Shown in pieces: positions 63,398 through 64,000 of a stretch of DNA of 64,000 nucleotides (position 1 is the stretch's first letter; every line of letters starts with the position of its first letter). Made by a program: the position numbers and the translations under genes. Under the pieces are notes generated by a model. That model saw only the letters and a list, made by a program, of their open reading frames with translations, had not been told where the DNA came from and searched no databases. The stretch comes from an uncultured Chloroflexota bacterium. GTDB lineage: Bacteria > Chloroflexota > Dehalococcoidia > Lucifugimonadales > UBA826. The stretch spans positions 47,074-111,073 of the forward strand of contig CAJWWP010000001.1 in the NCBI GenBank assembly GCA_913048525.1, in the 5' to 3' direction.

Positions 63398-64000
63398 CTA
63401 ATTACCCGGATTAAAAAAGTTGTCATCTGCAGAATTTTCGGGTTTGTATCCGAGTATTTTTTCTGCGTGATTAAGATCACGATAATTCCACTTGTTGTTT
63501 GAAACAGCGAAAACTGTTTCACATCTAATTGTGTTGGGAGCGTCTATGCAGAGTCTGAGCATGTTACATATATCGTCGTGTCCTAGGTAACTCGCATTTT
63601 CCCTAACACTCAAGGGTTTATTTTCTTTTTTAACAACACCTATTCGTACGCTGATTACAGAGAGGTTATATTCGTCTGAAAAATGTCGCCCCAGGGCCTC
63701 ACCCCAAACTTTGGTTGCGCCGTAAAGAGCATCTGGACGCACTTGTTCGTGAGTAATCATGTCAAAATCCTTTGGGACTTCGTGGTAACTGCCTTCAGCA
63801 ATTTCCTTATAAGGAGATACTCTCTCAAATCCTCTTATTGCACTTCCACTTGAAGCGAACACCACTCTTTTTACTCCTGCCCGCCGGGCTGCCTCAAAAA
63901 CGTTGTAGGTACCTACAACGTTAACGGAATGCTGATGTTCCCATTCCTGGGAACCTAGATATGCCGCAAGGTGCACTACTACATCCTGGTTGTCGAAAGC
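63398..64000 (-). CDS. NAD-dependent epimerase/dehydratase (extended SDR), C-terminal part; the N-terminus lies beyond the window end
   Basis: The frame stays open upstream of the tracked ORF to nt 64000 (AFDNQDVVVHLAAY...). VFASSGSA and YGATK (YxxxK) are present. The Rossmann N-terminus is missing, so the gene is truncated by the window. Confidence 0.75.
   Translation of the reverse strand, partial: AFDNQDVVVHLAAYLGSQEWEHQHSVNVVGTYNVFEAARRAGVKRVVFASSGSAIRGFERVSPYKEIAEGSYHEVPKDFDMITHEQVRPDALYGATKVWGEALGRHFSDEYNLSVISVRIGVVKKENKPLSVRENASYLGHDDICNMLRLCIDAPNTIRCETVFAVSNNKWNYRDLNHAEKILGYKPENSADDNFFNPGN

Noticed and set aside
1-64000. Firm taxonomic assignment to the SAR202 clade of Chloroflexota.
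   Set aside because: The assignment rests only on gene-family composition. No marker genes are in the window. The Orn-type oligoribonuclease is, to my knowledge, more typical of Proteobacteria and Actinobacteria. Left as a hypothesis to test.

Overview
The window is almost entirely protein-coding: 61 CDS with short intergenic gaps. I found no rRNA, tRNA, CRISPR array, transposase, integrase or phage gene. Most genes have strong GGAGG-type Shine-Dalgarno sites, GTG/TTG starts are frequent, and the sequence looks moderately AT-rich by eye. The content is a catabolic accessory region built from expanded enzyme families. There are 4 luciferase-like flavin monooxygenases (LLM), 8 classical short-chain dehydrogenases (SDR) plus one partial extended SDR, 3 enolase-superfamily enzymes and 3 family III (CaiB/BaiF) CoA-transferases. 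There are also 2 ThDP enzymes, 3 MBL-fold hydrolases, 4 MFS transporters, 2 aldo-keto reductases, 2 NHL beta-propeller proteins and 2 DUF1800 proteins; 33 of the 61 CDS fall in these ten families. No recognisable transcription factor, ABC/TRAP transporter or flavin reductase is present. This family mix resembles what has been described for marine oligotrophs that degrade recalcitrant DOM, such as the SAR202 clade, but the taxon cannot be established from this window. Four things merit the closest second look. First, a four-gene operon (CoA-transferase, Oxc/HACL-like ThDP enzyme, degenerate double hot-dog, flavin-dependent-halogenase-like protein with an intact WxWxIP motif) at 54.9-60.5 kb. 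Second, divergently arranged, ancient paralogous DUF1800/(DUF1501)/NHL modules at 19-29 kb that lack export signals. Third, a translationally coupled carboxyltransferase, CaiB, CaiB, mini-BCCP module with no biotin carboxylase at 30-34.3 kb, followed by a DsrE-like/metallophosphoesterase/propeller trio. Fourth, LLM monooxygenases coupled to an SDR whose catalytic Lys is replaced (YxxxM). All functional calls rest on motifs read by eye from the translations; no database search was possible.
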